A DNA stretch of 64,000 nt from an uncultured Collinsella sp. GTDB lineage: Bacteria > Actinomycetota > Coriobacteriia > Coriobacteriales > Coriobacteriaceae. The stretch lies in contig CAUAJB010000001.1 of NCBI GenBank assembly GCA_958429225.1, forward strand, positions 8,955-72,954, written 5' to 3'. Below the pieces are notes generated by a model. The model saw nothing but the letters and a program-made list of their open reading frames with translations, searched no databases and was not told where the DNA came from. The translations under genes were made by a program, and so were the position numbers. Below are positions 62,453 to 64,000 of this stretch, piece by piece; position 1 is the first letter of the stretch; each line of letters starts with the position of its first letter.

Positions 62453-62529
62453 TGCCCTTTGTGCGGAGGTTGTCTTGATGCTTTATACTGATGCGGTTAG
62501 ACATCCATCCTGCAATCGAGGAGATATCC

Positions 62530-64000
62530 ATGGCATCAGACGTTCGCGTCCGCTTTGCACCCTCACCGACGGGCAAGCTGCACATCGGCGGCGCCCGCAC
62601 CGCTATCTATAACTGGGCTTTCGCCCGTGCAAACGGCGGCACGTTCATCCTGCGCATCGACGACACCGACCCCACCCGCTCCACCGACGAGAACACGCAG
62701 ATTATCCTGCGCGCCATGCGTTGGCTGGGCCTGGACTGGGACGAGGGTCCCGAGGTGGGCGGCGATTTTGGTCCCTACGCTCAGACCGAGCGCCTGGACC
62801 TGTACAAGCAGGCTGCCCAGAAGCTCTGGGACGAGGGCAAGGCCTATCCCTGCTTCTGCACCAAGGAGCAGCTCGACGCCGACCGTAAGGCCGCGCAGGA
62901 GCGCAAGGACCCCTTCCAGGGTTATCAGCGCCGTTGCCGCGATCTTGATCCCGAGGAGGCCCGCCGTCGCATTGAGGCCGGCGAGTCCTACGTCCTGCGC
63001 ATCAAGGTGCCTGAGGACCGCGGCGACGTCGTCATCCACGACGCCGTCCACGGCGAGGTCACCTTCGACGCCAAGGAGCTCGACGACTTTGTCATCTTCC
63101 GCTCCGATGGCACGCCCACGTACAACTTCGCGACCGTCGTCGACGACGCCATGATGAAGATCACCCATGTCATCCGCGGCGACGACCACCTGTCCAACAC
63201 CCCGCGCCAGGTCATGGTCTACGAGGCCCTCGGCGCGCCCGTGCCCACGTTCGCCCACATCTCCATGATTCTGGGCGCCGACGGCAAGAAGCTCTCCAAG
63301 CGCCACGGTGCCACCTCGGTGGAGGAGTACCGCGATGCCGGCTATCTGTCCGACGCCTTCGTCAACTACCTGGCGCTGCTCGGCTGGTCGCTCGACGGCG
63401 AGACCACGATCATCCCGCGCGATGTCCTGGCCAGCAAGTTCTCGCTCGACCGCATCTCCAAGAACCCGGCGACCTTCGATCCCAAGAAGCTTGATTGGGT
63501 TAATGCCGAGTACATCAATGGCATGTCCGATGCTCAGTTTGCCGACGAGATTATGGTCCCCGAGCTGCACGAGGCGGGTCTCATCGAGGGTAACGTCGAG
63601 TACGGCGAGGACTGGATCGACGCGCTCGCTGCCATCGTCAAGCCGCGCACCAAGATGCCGGCCGACGCCGTGAACGTCGCCGCTCCCATCTTCGCTACTG
63701 CCGAGACGCTCGAGTATGACGAGAAGTCCGTCAACAAGGGCCTGGCCAAGGAAGGCATGGGCGCCATTCTGGACGCCGCCAAGGCCGCGCTCGAGGGTGT
63801 TACCGAGTGGACGGCCGCGAACATCGACGCTGCGCTTGAGCCGCTGCCCGAGCAGATGGACCTTAAGAAGCGCGTGGTGTTCCAGGCCGTGCGCGTCGCC
63901 GTCTGCGGCAACATGGTGAGCCCCCCGCTGGGCGAGACCATGGCGCTCGTCGGTCGTGACGACTGCCTGGCGCGCATTGACCGCGCCCGCACGATGGCGC
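62530..64000 (+). CDS. gltX: Glutamate--tRNA ligase (3' end lies outside the window)
   Basis: ATG 62530 follows RBS GAGGAG. The frame translates by hand as MASDVRVRFAPSPTGKLHIGGARTAIYNW (HIGG motif) and KLSKRHG (KMSKS), and stays open to the window end. It is absent from the ORF track because no stop lies in the window. Confidence 0.9.
   Translation, partial: MASDVRVRFAPSPTGKLHIGGARTAIYNWAFARANGGTFILRIDDTDPTRSTDENTQIILRAMRWLGLDWDEGPEVGGDFGPYAQTERLDLYKQAAQKLWDEGKAYPCFCTKEQLDADRKAAQERKDPFQGYQRRCRDLDPEEARRRIEAGESYVLRIKVPEDRGDVVIHDAVHGEVTFDAKELDDFVIFRSDGTPTYNFATVVDDAMMKITHVIRGDDHLSNTPRQVMVYEALGAPVPTFAHISMILGADGKKLSKRHGATSVEEYRDAGYLSDAFVNYLALLGWSLDGETTIIPRDVLASKFSLDRISKNPATFDPKKLDWVNAEYINGMSDAQFADEIMVPELHEAGLIEGNVEYGEDWIDALAAIVKPRTKMPADAVNVAAPIFATAETLEYDEKSVNKGLAKEGMGAILDAAKAALEGVTEWTAANIDAALEPLPEQMDLKKRVVFQAVRVAVCGNMVSPPLGETMALVGRDDCLARIDRARTMA

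Overview
This 64-kb chromosomal window comes from a high-GC Gram-positive bacterium. Gene order (efp-asp23-nusB-xseB-tlyA-nadK-recN), Tat/lipobox lipoproteins and base composition suggest Actinomycetota, probably Coriobacteriia; that assignment is inference only. I call about 60 protein genes, 2 tRNA genes, 1 riboswitch, several terminators and four small repeat elements.

Layout:
- 0-19 kb: housekeeping genes (dGTPase-like, rarA, a SigB/F-type sigma module, alaS, ruvX, mltG, aroK plus a degenerate aroB-like gene, an M24 peptidase, efp, nusB, xseB, tlyA, nadK, recN).
- 19-27 kb: fructose-PTS module (rpiR-type regulator, fruA IIBCA, ptsH, ptsI, two tandem pfkB kinases).
- 27-31 kb: cca, two identical tandem tRNA-Glu(CUC) genes, a UPF0104 membrane protein and a TetR regulator.
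- 31.1-53.5 kb: a compositionally distinct, GC-richer block. It holds a minus-strand operon behind a cobalamin riboswitch: a Tat-lipoprotein CbiK-like chelatase, a 177-aa lipoprotein, and BtuF/C/D-like ABC importer parts with extra domains. Diverging from it is a gap-free 17-gene anaerobic cobalamin pathway operon (cbiF to cbiJ).
- 53.5-64 kb: a MacAB-type efflux system, an L,D-transpeptidase, sdaA, metK and the 5' part of gltX.

Most interesting observations:
1. A 68/69-nt conserved core occurs twice, in opposite orientation. Its hairpin differs only by fully compensated base-pair changes, and each copy is flanked by perfect inverted arms unrelated to the other copy's arms. Each copy lies between a terminator and the next gene (ptsH, sdaA).
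2. The riboswitch-controlled uptake operon has an exported, catalytically intact-looking CbiK, two lipoproteins sharing an unassigned domain, and a possible internal SD+GTG start that would yield a cytoplasmic CbiK.
3. Small palindromic repeat families are present, one copy of which marks the right edge of the GC-rich block.

I saw no CRISPR array, transposase, integrase, phage gene or recognisable defence or toxin-antitoxin system. All family assignments are by-eye motif recognition, not database searches.
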